A stretch of DNA of 64,000 nucleotides, taken from contig JAAETI010000377.1 in assembly GCA_024228555.1 (NCBI GenBank), positions 36,379 to 100,378 of the forward strand. The letters are read 5' to 3'. The translations under genes and the position numbers were made by a program. The notes beneath the pieces are model-generated. The model had not been told where the DNA came from. It was given only the letters and a program-made list of their open reading frames with translations, and ran no database searches. This document shows positions 17,230 through 26,569 of the stretch, piece by piece; position 1 is the first letter of the stretch; the number at the start of each line of letters is the position of its first letter. The stretch is from a bacterium. GTDB taxonomy: Bacteria; Actinomycetota; Acidimicrobiia; Spongiisociales; UBA5794.

Positions 17230-19152
17230 ATGGTTGCTCGGCTTCATCTTCTCCTGTTCATATCGTTGCTGCTTGTCGGTTCTCTTGCCGCTCCCGCGGT
17301 CGCCGAGCTGGGACCGGGAGGTTCGTTCGTTGACGATGACGGGAACGTGCACGAGGGGTTCATCGAAGCAATCGCCGCCGAGGGCATAACCAGGGGCTGC
17401 AATCCGCCCGTCAACGACAAGTACTGTCCGGCCGCGGCAGTGACCCGTGGCGAGATGGCTGCCTTCTTGGTTAGAGCCCTTGCCCTGCCCGTCACTCGTA
17501 CGGACTACTTCAACGATGACAGTTCTTCGGTGTTCCAAGCTGATATCAATGCCCTTGCCGAGGCCGGGATCACCCGCGGCTGCAACCCGCCGAGCAATGA
17601 CCGGTTCTGTCCTGCCGACGCAGTGTCCCGAGGTCAGATGGCCGCCTTTCTGGTCCGGGCGTTCGCCTACACCGATCCGGGTCAAGGGGATTGGTTCACC
17701 GATGACGACGGTTCGGTGTTCGAGGCCGATATCGACAGGCTGCGGCAGGCAGGGGTGACCAACGGCTGCAACCCGCCTGCCAATACGCTCTACTGCCCAA
17801 ACGCCGATGTGCGCCGCGATGAGATGGCCTCATTCCTCGGACGAGTACTCGGGCTGTCGCCCGTATTCCCGCCGGCAGTCGGTGAGTCTTGTGTACGTCC
17901 CGGGACGGGACAAGTGCCGGCTCGGCAGATCACGGTCACTCCCGGCCAGTCCCCGACTCTCGGCGAGGCCTTCGCCGATGCTCGGGCCGGTGACCATATC
18001 CTGCTCGAGTCCGGTACTCACCTCCAGACCGGCAATCTTGTCATCAATCGCTCCGGTACTGCGGCTAGTTGGATTCAGATCAAGGCTGCGCCCGGGGCCG
18101 ATCCGATCATCGACCTCAACAGCTCCGGGGAGTTTCGGGTCAGCGGTTCGTATGTCTCACTGCAGGATGTCGACATCCGCAACGGTGGTGGCAACAACCT
18201 CCACATCGCCCCCGATACGACTGACGTCCACCACATTCATGTCGCCGACACGGTCATCCACGACCTCGCCTGGGGACCGGGTGCCGCGATCAAGATCAAT
18301 CGGAACAACCCGGCAGGAGCTGCCGTCGGCACGATCTGTCTGGAGAACAACGATGTCAGCGAGGCTCTCTCCAATGCGACTATCGACGGAGTTGGCGTCG
18401 ACGGTGCTGTGGTCATTGGCAACGACATTCACGACAACGCCGTTGGGAGTCATGGGATCTTCTTCAAGGGTGGTTCCGCCGACATCCTGATCGAAGGCAA
18501 CGTGATCAGAGGTATCCGCGGCAACGCCGCTCTACAGCTTGGCGGAAGCACGGGGGCGTCGTTTTGGAATCCGCTCTACCCGGCGTGGGAAGGTGTCGAC
18601 CAGGTCGCCAGGAACAACGTCATTGCTGACTTTGACGACTCCGCCGTAGAGATCCGGGGTGTCGATGGCGCGGTGGTCTACAACAACACGATTGTCACTC
18701 AGAGCAACTTCGCCATCTTTCGGCTCCAGGTTGGCGACAACGCATCCGGTGGTTCGAGCGGCAACGGTGATGTCCATATCAGCAGCAATCTGGTGATCGG
18801 CACTGGCGGTGATCCGCAGTATGCCCGCAACGATGGAGGTAGCGCTGCGGTGGTGTTTGGACCGCAGCTCTGGGCGGGGACCTTTCACAACTCGGGTGCG
18901 GCGACTCCGGGCATCCCCACGTTCCCCCAGGCGGGTGATGTTGTGGTTGGCGCAGGCGCTCTCGGTACCGTTGTGACCAACCCGACGGTGACGGGTCTCA
19001 CCGGTATTGCCGATGCGGTCGTGCGCTACACACCCATCGCAGGCGGACCGGCGCAGGGAGCGGCGGAGGTGCTTGAAGGGGTGGTCGCCGACATGCTTGG
19101 TGCAACCCGGTCAATCTCGGCACCGACGATGGGTGCAATCGAAGACGCTTGA
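17230..19152 (+). CDS. Secreted cell-surface protein: three SLH-like repeats followed by a right-handed parallel beta-helix (pectate-lyase-fold) domain
   Basis: Signal peptide MVARLHLLLFISLLLVGSLAAPAVA. Three ~55-aa repeats F.DD...V....I..L...GIT.GCNPP.ND..CP...V.RG.MAAFLVRA. Beta-helix repeats follow (NNDVS..., GNDIHDN, GNVIRG, NNVIAD, NNTIV). Start set at ATG 17230. Confidence 0.6.
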   Translation: MVARLHLLLFISLLLVGSLAAPAVAELGPGGSFVDDDGNVHEGFIEAIAAEGITRGCNPPVNDKYCPAAAVTRGEMAAFLVRALALPVTRTDYFNDDSSSVFQADINALAEAGITRGCNPPSNDRFCPADAVSRGQMAAFLVRAFAYTDPGQGDWFTDDDGSVFEADIDRLRQAGVTNGCNPPANTLYCPNADVRRDEMASFLGRVLGLSPVFPPAVGESCVRPGTGQVPARQITVTPGQSPTLGEAFADARAGDHILLESGTHLQTGNLVINRSGTAASWIQIKAAPGADPIIDLNSSGEFRVSGSYVSLQDVDIRNGGGNNLHIAPDTTDVHHIHVADTVIHDLAWGPGAAIKINRNNPAGAAVGTICLENNDVSEALSNATIDGVGVDGAVVIGNDIHDNAVGSHGIFFKGGSADILIEGNVIRGIRGNAALQLGGSTGASFWNPLYPAWEGVDQVARNNVIADFDDSAVEIRGVDGAVVYNNTIVTQSNFAIFRLQVGDNASGGSSGNGDVHISSNLVIGTGGDPQYARNDGGSAAVVFGPQLWAGTFHNSGAATPGIPTFPQAGDVVVGAGALGTVVTNPTVTGLTGIADAVVRYTPIAGGPAQGAAEVLEGVVADMLGATRSISAPTMGAIEDA

Positions 19153-19171
19153 GGCTGCCCATAATGTGTCC

Positions 19172-19990
19172 ATGACCGGACCCCCAATCACACGCCGCCG
19201 ATTTCTCGCAGCTTTTTTTGCGGCGATCGGAGCCGGCGTTGCCGGTGCCACGGTGTGGCTGACGCGGTCCGATGGTGGGACGGCGATGGGCACGACAACA
19301 ACAATCCCACCTCCTGCGACCACGGTGCCGTCGGCGACCACGTCAACCGCGGCCCCAACCACCACGACCTCACCTGCTGTCACGACCACATCACCTGCCG
19401 TGCAACTCATCGACATCGTGTGTCGCGACTCCTGGGGTGCCGTCCCCGCCAGCGGCGATTACACCCCGCACACCATCGATCAGATCACCGTCCATCACAC
19501 CGCGGTGGTGCTCGGCGCAAACTCGGATGCTCCGGGACGGGCCCGCCAGCACCAGCAGTACCACCAGAGCCTCGACTGGCCCGATCTTGCCTACCACTAC
19601 CTCATCGATGCCAACGGACACGTCTACGAGGGGAGACCGGTTGCCTACGTCGGCGACACGGCAACCGACTACGACCCGACCGGTCACTTTCTAGTGTGTT
19701 GCGAGGGCAATTTCAACGAGCAGGAAGTCACCGCGGCGCAGTACGCCAGCTTGGTGAAGCTCGTGGCGTGGGGAGCCATCGAGTTTGAGGTGGACCCTGC
19801 CGTCATTGGGGCGCACCGGGATCTCGCAACGACCACCTGTCCGGGAGACAATCTGTATCCGTTGGTTGCCGAAGGGATTCTGGCCGGCGACGTTGCTGTG
19901 TCGATCACAAATCACGAATTGGGCCTGAACGTGGTGTGCGGGTCGGCGGGGAACGAGTTGATTGCAGCCATCGAAGACGGTTCTGCGTAG
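19172..19990 (+). CDS. Tat-secreted N-acetylmuramoyl-L-alanine amidase (PGRP / Amidase_2 domain)
   Basis: Twin-arginine motif TRRRFLAAFF, a Thr/Pro-rich linker, and Amidase_2 motifs (ITVHHTA, AYHYLIDANGHVYEGR, TTCPGDNLY). Confidence 0.7.
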   Translation: MTGPPITRRRFLAAFFAAIGAGVAGATVWLTRSDGGTAMGTTTTIPPPATTVPSATTSTAAPTTTTSPAVTTTSPAVQLIDIVCRDSWGAVPASGDYTPHTIDQITVHHTAVVLGANSDAPGRARQHQQYHQSLDWPDLAYHYLIDANGHVYEGRPVAYVGDTATDYDPTGHFLVCCEGNFNEQEVTAAQYASLVKLVAWGAIEFEVDPAVIGAHRDLATTTCPGDNLYPLVAEGILAGDVAVSITNHELGLNVVCGSAGNELIAAIEDGSA

Positions 19991-20114
19991 CTTCCTGCTG
20001 GTCTTGGGAACCAAACATCGCTGCCGGGCGTCATAGGTGAGAGGAGGCGGTTGATCGCGCCTCGCTGCCTGGCCAGAAGCCAGGTACGCTTGGAGGACAC
20101 ATACCGGAGGTGAA

Positions 20115-21269
20115 GTGGTGAAGCGGGTTTATGTGATGCTGGGGGTTTTGGGGCTCGTCCTAGGAGCTTGTGGGGGCACGAGTACAGACACGACGGTTGC
20201 GGCGACCGCACAGGACAGCCAAGACACCGCGGTCACGACGTCCACAGCAGCCGGCGATAGCAGCGGAGTTGACCTCGGCGAGGATGGCGAGCTCACCCTC
20301 GAGGACTTTATCCCGGGTTTCAACACTGACTTCGAAGAGATCGATTGGCGTGCTCAGGAGTTGGAGATTCAGCAAGCGGTCTCCGTTTGCATGGCAGCCG
20401 AAGGCTTCGAATATGTTCCATTTGTCCCCTCAGATGTCGGTGGCGGGTTCATCGAGGAGGAGTGGGACGAAGAGACGTACGTCAAGGAGTACGGGTTCGG
20501 TGTCGCCAGCTGGATAACCGACGAGAGAAACTTCGGCATCAGCGAAGAAGGTGACGACTTCGAAGACCCCTACGCCAATGATCCAAACCAGGCGATCGTC
20601 GAAGCGATGGACGAGTCTGAGCGTGAGGAATACTTCCGGGTCCTTCACGGCAGCGAGCCGGACATCATCGAGGAGACGCCCTGGGAAGAGATCGAAGCAA
20701 TGACCCAGGAGGAGCAAGAGGCATTCTGGGATGAGGCGTACGCCGATTGGGAACCAGACGGTTGTTTCAACGAGGCCTACGACGTCGCGTACAGCCAGGA
20801 ATCAGCCGAGGCCTTCTATGAGGAATTCAGCGACGATCTAGATGCTATCTACGAGCAAGTTGAGTCCGACCTGCGCATCATGGCGGCTCAGGCCGAGTGG
20901 TCGAGCTGCATGGCCGACAAGGGCCACACCTATGCCACCCAGGAAGAGATGTATGAGTACTTCTGGGGGGACGAGTTCGACGAGAGCGAGTTCTCCAAGC
21001 AGGTGAACGAGTTGATCACCTGGCCCGAGTACGACCCAACAGTCGAACTCACCGAGGAAGAGGAGAACGACCCTTCCCTGTGGATGCCGCAGTACGACAT
21101 CGAGCTACTGCAGCCGTACATCGACGAGGAGATCGCCGTAGCTACCGCTAACTATGAGTGCTCCGAGGACTCGTTCGAACTGTGGGAAGAGGTCTACAAC
21201 GATTTGCAGCAGGACTTCCTCGACGAGAACATGGATCGATTGCTCGCTTTCCTCGAGGCTAACTCATAG
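20115..21269 (+). CDS. Highly acidic, Trp/Tyr/Phe-rich lipoprotein (hypothetical)
   Basis: Signal and lipobox LVLGACGG. Body is >30% D+E with recurring aromatic-acidic patterns (FWDEAYADWEP, YEYFWGDEFDESEF, FELWEEVYNDL). Confidence 0.5.
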   Translation: MVKRVYVMLGVLGLVLGACGGTSTDTTVAATAQDSQDTAVTTSTAAGDSSGVDLGEDGELTLEDFIPGFNTDFEEIDWRAQELEIQQAVSVCMAAEGFEYVPFVPSDVGGGFIEEEWDEETYVKEYGFGVASWITDERNFGISEEGDDFEDPYANDPNQAIVEAMDESEREEYFRVLHGSEPDIIEETPWEEIEAMTQEEQEAFWDEAYADWEPDGCFNEAYDVAYSQESAEAFYEEFSDDLDAIYEQVESDLRIMAAQAEWSSCMADKGHTYATQEEMYEYFWGDEFDESEFSKQVNELITWPEYDPTVELTEEEENDPSLWMPQYDIELLQPYIDEEIAVATANYECSEDSFELWEEVYNDLQQDFLDENMDRLLAFLEANS

Positions 21270-21304
21270 GAACGAGAGCTGATCTTTAGTACAGAGGTGA
21301 GATC

Positions 21305-22864
21305 TTGAGCCGTCGGATACTTCTCGTCGTCACCCTGATTGCCGTCGTCGTGGCCGCAGCCGTGGGTTGGGTCGCAGGTACCCGAATCAAGTCCCCCGAG
21401 CAGGTTGCCGCCGAAGCCGAACCCCCCGAACCGTCGCTGATCTCGGTACCTGTGGTGAGCATGGTCATCGCCAACGACGTCGTAACCAGGGGTACGGTCC
21501 GGTTCGACGAGCCGGAAGCTGTATTCACCCCGACGCTTGCGGTCCCAGAGCTGTCCCCTGTTGTGACATGGGTACCTTCCGTTGGAGAGGAACTCGAGGA
21601 AGGTTCCGTTCTCTTCGAGCTGGCCGGCCGGCCCACCTTCGCCCTGCGCGGTGAGCTTCCGCTGTTCCGTACGGTGACCCCAGGGGACAAAGGCGAGGAC
21701 ATCGCACAGCTACAGACTGCGCTTACCCGTCTCGGCTTCGATCCCGGCATAGTCGACGGCGTCTACGGGCCCGATACCGAGGGTGCGGTTCGTGCGTTCT
21801 ATCAGTCAAACGGTTATCAGCCGATCGGCACCGACCCCGCATTGCTCGACCAGGTCGAAGCCGCAGAGGCGACGGTCGACGGTGCTCGCGACATCTACAA
21901 CGAGGCCAACACGCAACGTGCCGCGGCCGAAAAGGCGCAGCGTGCAGTGACTGCGGCGGCGGCAGACCTGGCAAAAGCAGAAGACGAGCTCGAGTTGGCG
22001 CAGACGAGGCTGGCCGAGGCGGAAGCGGGTACGCACCCCGACACCGGTTCGGCTCCGACCGAGGCTGAGATGACGCAGCTGCAGAGTGCAGTCATCGCAG
22101 GAGAGGATTGGGTTTCGGGGAGCGAGGCGATGTTGCAGACCGCCCTTGGTGCAGCCGATGCCGCGGGTCCTCCTCGTGACATCAGTGGTGAGCGCAGAGC
22201 ACTCGACGCAGCGTTGGCAGATCTGGCCGAGGCAAGATCCCTGGTTGGGTCCCCGGTACCAGACGGTGAGTTCCTGTTCTTCAAGGTCTTCCCGATCAGG
22301 ATCGATGCCGTCTTGTCGCAGCGTGGCGACCTTGCAAGCGGCGAGCTGATGCAGGTGTCGGGCTCCCGGCTTGCCATCGACTCATCCGTTGGTATCGAGG
22401 AGGCGGACTTCATTGAGGAGGGCGACACCGTTCTCATCGAGCTGACTCGGCTGGGTATCGAGCTCAATGGGACGGTTTCAGTGAAGGCTGGTCGGCCGGG
22501 AACCAATGGTGTTGACATCGACGAGGTCTATCTGGAGATACTGCCCGACGAGGTCCGTGCCGATCTCAACAACACCAACGTCAAGCTCACGATCCCCGTA
22601 GCTACTCGAGCGACAGAAGGCGATGTGCTTGCAGTCCCGGCCGCGGCGCTGTCGGCGACCGGATCCGGCGACACCATCGTCACCGTCGAGATGGCAGATG
22701 GGACGATCCGCGTCGTGACAGTGCTCCCAGGTCTATCCGCACCGGGTGGCATGGTTGAGGTGACCGCGATCGACGGTGACCTCGCCGAGGGCGATCGAGT
22801 TGTGATTGGGCTGCAGCAGGGAACAAGGTCCGAGAGCGCGGCCGACGAGTCGGAAGAAGAATGA
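21305..22864 (+). CDS. Membrane-fusion (HlyD/MacA-like periplasmic adaptor) protein with an inserted peptidoglycan-binding (PG_binding_1) domain
   Basis: N-terminal TM, then GDKGEDIAQLQTALTRLGFDPGIVDGVYGPDTEGAVRAFYQSNG (PGBD), a coiled-coil region, and a beta-barrel C-terminus. 4-bp overlap with the downstream ABC ATPase. Confidence 0.65.
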   Translation: MSRRILLVVTLIAVVVAAAVGWVAGTRIKSPEQVAAEAEPPEPSLISVPVVSMVIANDVVTRGTVRFDEPEAVFTPTLAVPELSPVVTWVPSVGEELEEGSVLFELAGRPTFALRGELPLFRTVTPGDKGEDIAQLQTALTRLGFDPGIVDGVYGPDTEGAVRAFYQSNGYQPIGTDPALLDQVEAAEATVDGARDIYNEANTQRAAAEKAQRAVTAAAADLAKAEDELELAQTRLAEAEAGTHPDTGSAPTEAEMTQLQSAVIAGEDWVSGSEAMLQTALGAADAAGPPRDISGERRALDAALADLAEARSLVGSPVPDGEFLFFKVFPIRIDAVLSQRGDLASGELMQVSGSRLAIDSSVGIEEADFIEEGDTVLIELTRLGIELNGTVSVKAGRPGTNGVDIDEVYLEILPDEVRADLNNTNVKLTIPVATRATEGDVLAVPAAALSATGSGDTIVTVEMADGTIRVVTVLPGLSAPGGMVEVTAIDGDLAEGDRVVIGLQQGTRSESAADESEEE

Positions 22865-23541
22865 GCGCGGTTGTCGAGCTTGCCGGGGTGGGCCGCACTT
22901 TCGCAGGCTCCCCGCCTGTGGAGGCCGTCAGGGATGCCGACCTTGTTGTTGAAGAGGGTGGCTACGTGGCCATCGTCGGTCCCTCCGGTTCGGGTAAGTC
23001 CACGCTGCTTCACATCCTTGGATGTCTCGATACGCCAACGTCTGGGTCATATCGCCTGCGCGGCATCGATGTCGGGGGGCTCAGTGACGGTGATAGGACG
23101 TCGCTGCGTGGTGCAGAGGTGGGCTTTGTCTTCCAAGCGTTTCATCTGCTGCCTTACCGGTCGGTGATCGAGAATGTGATGACAGGCCTCGTGTACAACC
23201 GGACCCCGCGCCGGGTGCGCCGGGAGCGGTCGCGCCAGGCTCTCGAGCGTGTTGGTCTTAGTCATCGCCTCGATTTCACACCACGGCAGCTGTCGGGCGG
23301 CGAGCGGCAGCGTGTTGCTGTGGCCCGGGCCATTGCTGCGCAACCAAGCTTGCTGCTCTGCGACGAACCGACTGGGAATCTCGACACCAGGACAACGTCG
23401 GCAATTCTGGATCTCTTCGATGAACTACGCACAGACGGTCTCACTCTGATGGTGATTACCCATGAGGAACGGGTGAGTCAGCGAGCCGAGAGGCGAATCG
23501 AGATGATCGATGGCTTTCTCGGCGAGGCGGAGTCTTCATGA
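22861..23541 (+). CDS. ABC transporter ATP-binding protein (MacB/LolD/FtsE type)
   Basis: Walker [10 protein letters not shown], signature LSGGERQRVAVARA, Walker B LLLCDEPTGNLD. Confidence 0.9.
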   Translation: MSAVVELAGVGRTFAGSPPVEAVRDADLVVEEGGYVAIVGPSGSGKSTLLHILGCLDTPTSGSYRLRGIDVGGLSDGDRTSLRGAEVGFVFQAFHLLPYRSVIENVMTGLVYNRTPRRVRRERSRQALERVGLSHRLDFTPRQLSGGERQRVAVARAIAAQPSLLLCDEPTGNLDTRTTSAILDLFDELRTDGLTLMVITHEERVSQRAERRIEMIDGFLGEAESS

Positions 23542-24791
23542 GTGCCGTGCAACCTCTCGAGCACAGGATCGTGAAGTCACGCTTTGCACTGAGCGACCTC
23601 GTAGCCGAGGCCTTCTCCGGCATGCTCGCCAGACCAGGTCGCACGATGCTCACCATCCTGGGAACGGTTCTTGGCGTGGTTGCCGTGGTAGCCACATTGG
23701 GCATTGCCAAGACCTCAGGTAATCAGATTGTCAGCCGCACCGATGAGCTGTCTGCGACCTCGGTTTCCGTTTCCAACCGCAGCGAAGGAGGGTTTCGCTC
23801 GCCGAGCAACAATGTCTCGTCGATTCCCTGGGACGCCGAGGATCGGCTGACCAGACTCAACGGCGTTGTGGCTGCCGGAACCATGACGCGGGTCGACACG
23901 TCCGGGTCGCTCGTCAGCTCCGTTCCCATCAACGATCCGTTGGGACAGAGCGAATTCGCCATCGATGTTGTCGCAACCTCGCCGGGTCTCTTCGAAGCAG
24001 TTCTCAGCGAGCTGTCTACCGGGCGCTATTTTGACGAAGGGCACAGCATCCGCAACGAGCCGGTTGCGGTGATCGGTTCTGGTGCTGCCACACGACTCAA
24101 CGTGACGCGGGTCGACCAGCAACCTGCCATCTTTGTGGGGGACACGACTCTTGTTGTTATCGGCATCCTTGACGACGTGGCCCGCGAGCCCTCACTTATC
24201 AATAGCGTCATCATCCCCAACGGCACCGCCAACGCTCTGTTCGGGACGGGGGCCCCGGCAGAGGTCCATATTCTCACCGAGCTGGGAGCAGCGCAGCTCA
24301 TCGGCGACCAAGCGGCCGTCGCTCTGTCTCCGAACGAGCCAGAGACACTTCGAGTGTCCGTTCCTCCAGAACCTCGCATTCTGAAGTCTGGACTTCAGGA
24401 CGACGTGAATTCTCAGTTCCTCATTCTCGGTGGGATTTCGTTGCTGGTAGGTGCGATCGGTATCGCCAACGTGACGCTGGTCTCGGTGCTGGAGAGAGTC
24501 GGTGAGATCGGGCTGCGGAGGGCAACAGGGGCGCGGCGGCGTCACATCGCGGCCCAGTTTCTTGCGGAGTCGGCGGCGATGGGATTGGTTGGCGGGATCA
24601 TCGGAGCAAGTCTCGGGGTGCTGGTGATCGTTGCGGTCTCTGCACAACGGCAATGGACTCCGGTTCTTGACCTATATGTGCCACTTCTTGCAGTGCCGGG
24701 CGGCGCCGTGATCGGACTGATCGCGGGGCTCTATCCTTCATGGCGGGCCAGCTCGTTGGAGCCGGTCGATGCACTGCGCGGGGGGACCTAA
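23538..24791 (+). CDS. FtsX-like ABC transporter permease (MacB-type, with large periplasmic domain)
   Basis: N-terminal TM, a ~250-aa extracytoplasmic domain, and a C-terminal 3-TM FtsX region (LILGGISLLVGAIGIANV...). Confidence 0.8.
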   Translation: MSAVQPLEHRIVKSRFALSDLVAEAFSGMLARPGRTMLTILGTVLGVVAVVATLGIAKTSGNQIVSRTDELSATSVSVSNRSEGGFRSPSNNVSSIPWDAEDRLTRLNGVVAAGTMTRVDTSGSLVSSVPINDPLGQSEFAIDVVATSPGLFEAVLSELSTGRYFDEGHSIRNEPVAVIGSGAATRLNVTRVDQQPAIFVGDTTLVVIGILDDVAREPSLINSVIIPNGTANALFGTGAPAEVHILTELGAAQLIGDQAAVALSPNEPETLRVSVPPEPRILKSGLQDDVNSQFLILGGISLLVGAIGIANVTLVSVLERVGEIGLRRATGARRRHIAAQFLAESAAMGLVGGIIGASLGVLVIVAVSAQRQWTPVLDLYVPLLAVPGGAVIGLIAGLYPSWRASSLEPVDALRGGT

Positions 24792-24926
24792 ATCAAATGC
24801 TGTTGTCAGCCGATAAAGTAGTTGTGCCAACTGTCGGAGACAGCATCAACCAAGGGGCATCAAGTGGATTCCTACGATGAGTTCGGCTCGGTGAGACCGG
24901 TCTCCGGTCAGGGTGAGAAGTCCTAC

Positions 24927-26555
24927 ATGGACCCGATCCAGGCAACAGCCGGCGGTCCCCGCAAGGCGCTCGTCGGTGGCCTAGTCCTGGCAGTTCTGAT
25001 TGTTGCTGCGGTAGCGGCGACAGTTGTGTGGAGAGGTCGCACCGGTGACCCATTCGCCTCCGCCCGCTCTGTCCCTGCAGAGATAGATTTCGTGATGACA
25101 TTCGATGCGCTGGCACTCAGCGATAGTGAGCGCCTGCAGGCATTCGTGGATGCCTTCGCAGTTCCTATGCTTGATGCGGAGCTAATCGATAGCTACCCCG
25201 GCGATCTGGTCGCTGCCATCGATGAGACGATGGCCGAGGAGACCGGATTCACGCTCACCGACGACATCGTCCCCTGGATTGGACGATCGGTCTCAATTGC
25301 AGGGAAGGTGCCTGAGCTCGACTTCGAATACGGCTCCGGCGTTGAGATCTCCTTCATTCTGAGTGCCGACGTACGCGACCGTGCTGCCGCCGAAGCCTTC
25401 GTCGACAAGGTCGTTCGCAGGCTTGGCGACGAGCAGGTCACCGTTACCGCATCCGAGATCGCAGGCCAGCCTGGCTATCTGTTCACCCAGCCTGACGCTG
25501 AGCCGGAGATTGCACTGGTGTTGCTGGACGATGCGTTGCTCGTCGGGACCGATGACAGCGTCGCCGGTGCTATTGCCGCCAGAGACGCGGGTCTTTCGAT
25601 CGCCGAGGATGCCGGATTCGTCGAGGTGATGTCGCGGCTCCCCGAAGAACGCATGGTGGCGTATTACGTGGCGCCGAGTGCGATGAACGCGTTGCTCGAC
25701 CTCAGCGCCGCCGTGAGCGCCGCTGGCTTTGCAGGCGAAATTCCGGAGCTGCCAGAAACTCCAGAGGCCACCCCAATGGCCGCCGCGGTAAGTCTCGTGG
25801 ATGAGGGCGTGCTGTTCAGCTATGTGTCGCTTGGGACAATCGATGTCGGCGATGTCCTGGCTCCCGACAATGCGGTGCTGGGGAGCCTGCCTGACAGCAC
25901 GCTTGGGTTCCTGTCGATAGCGGGCTCGTTTGGCTCAGAGGGAATGTCACTCGATGAGCAGATGATGTCCGACCTGGGCTACCCGCTCGGCATGCTTTCC
26001 CAGGAGACCGGCATCGATATGGTCGCGGTTCTCGAGTCGCTGTCTGGCGGTCTGACAATCGCAGTCAACGAAACGAGAAGCAGCTCGATTGCCGCGGCAA
26101 CAGACGTGCCTGTCGGTGTACTGGCTGCGGTCGACCTCAACGATTCGGAGCCCATTAGCGGACTCCTGGACATGCTGGAGGAGATGGCCGGCCAACAGGG
26201 TGTCGAACTCAGCGACGATGCTGGCGTGACCACCATTTCCGTAGATGGGGATGAGTACGCCGCCTACTCGCTGGCCGATGACCTCCTGGTGATCGGAAGC
26301 GGATCAGACCTCGTACGGGACGTTGCTTCCAACGAGTCTGGGGGATTGCTCAGCTCGCAGCTCTATGTCGAGCTCGACGCGGGTGTTGCCGGTGACGGGT
26401 TAGTGATGTTTGTGGACATCGATGGGATCGTTTCCCTCGTGCCGTTGACTTCCGATGAGGCTGCGGTGATTGCACCAATCCGCGGTATGGGTGTCGGCGG
26501 CGAGGTCGACGGCGACGCCGTGACCATGGAAGTCCTGCTGCTAGTCGACTACTAG
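24927..26555 (+). CDS. Membrane-anchored hypothetical protein (DUF3352-like, from memory; low certainty)
   Basis: Single N-terminal TM (LVGGLVLAVLIVAAVAATVVW) and a large acidic extracytoplasmic domain. ATG at 24927 has a GGTGAG SD-like sequence; 24822 is the alternative start. Confidence 0.45.
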   Translation: MDPIQATAGGPRKALVGGLVLAVLIVAAVAATVVWRGRTGDPFASARSVPAEIDFVMTFDALALSDSERLQAFVDAFAVPMLDAELIDSYPGDLVAAIDETMAEETGFTLTDDIVPWIGRSVSIAGKVPELDFEYGSGVEISFILSADVRDRAAAEAFVDKVVRRLGDEQVTVTASEIAGQPGYLFTQPDAEPEIALVLLDDALLVGTDDSVAGAIAARDAGLSIAEDAGFVEVMSRLPEERMVAYYVAPSAMNALLDLSAAVSAAGFAGEIPELPETPEATPMAAAVSLVDEGVLFSYVSLGTIDVGDVLAPDNAVLGSLPDSTLGFLSIAGSFGSEGMSLDEQMMSDLGYPLGMLSQETGIDMVAVLESLSGGLTIAVNETRSSSIAAATDVPVGVLAAVDLNDSEPISGLLDMLEEMAGQQGVELSDDAGVTTISVDGDEYAAYSLADDLLVIGSGSDLVRDVASNESGGLLSSQLYVELDAGVAGDGLVMFVDIDGIVSLVPLTSDEAAVIAPIRGMGVGGEVDGDAVTMEVLLLVDY

Positions 26556-26569
26556 CTACTAGCCGTCAC

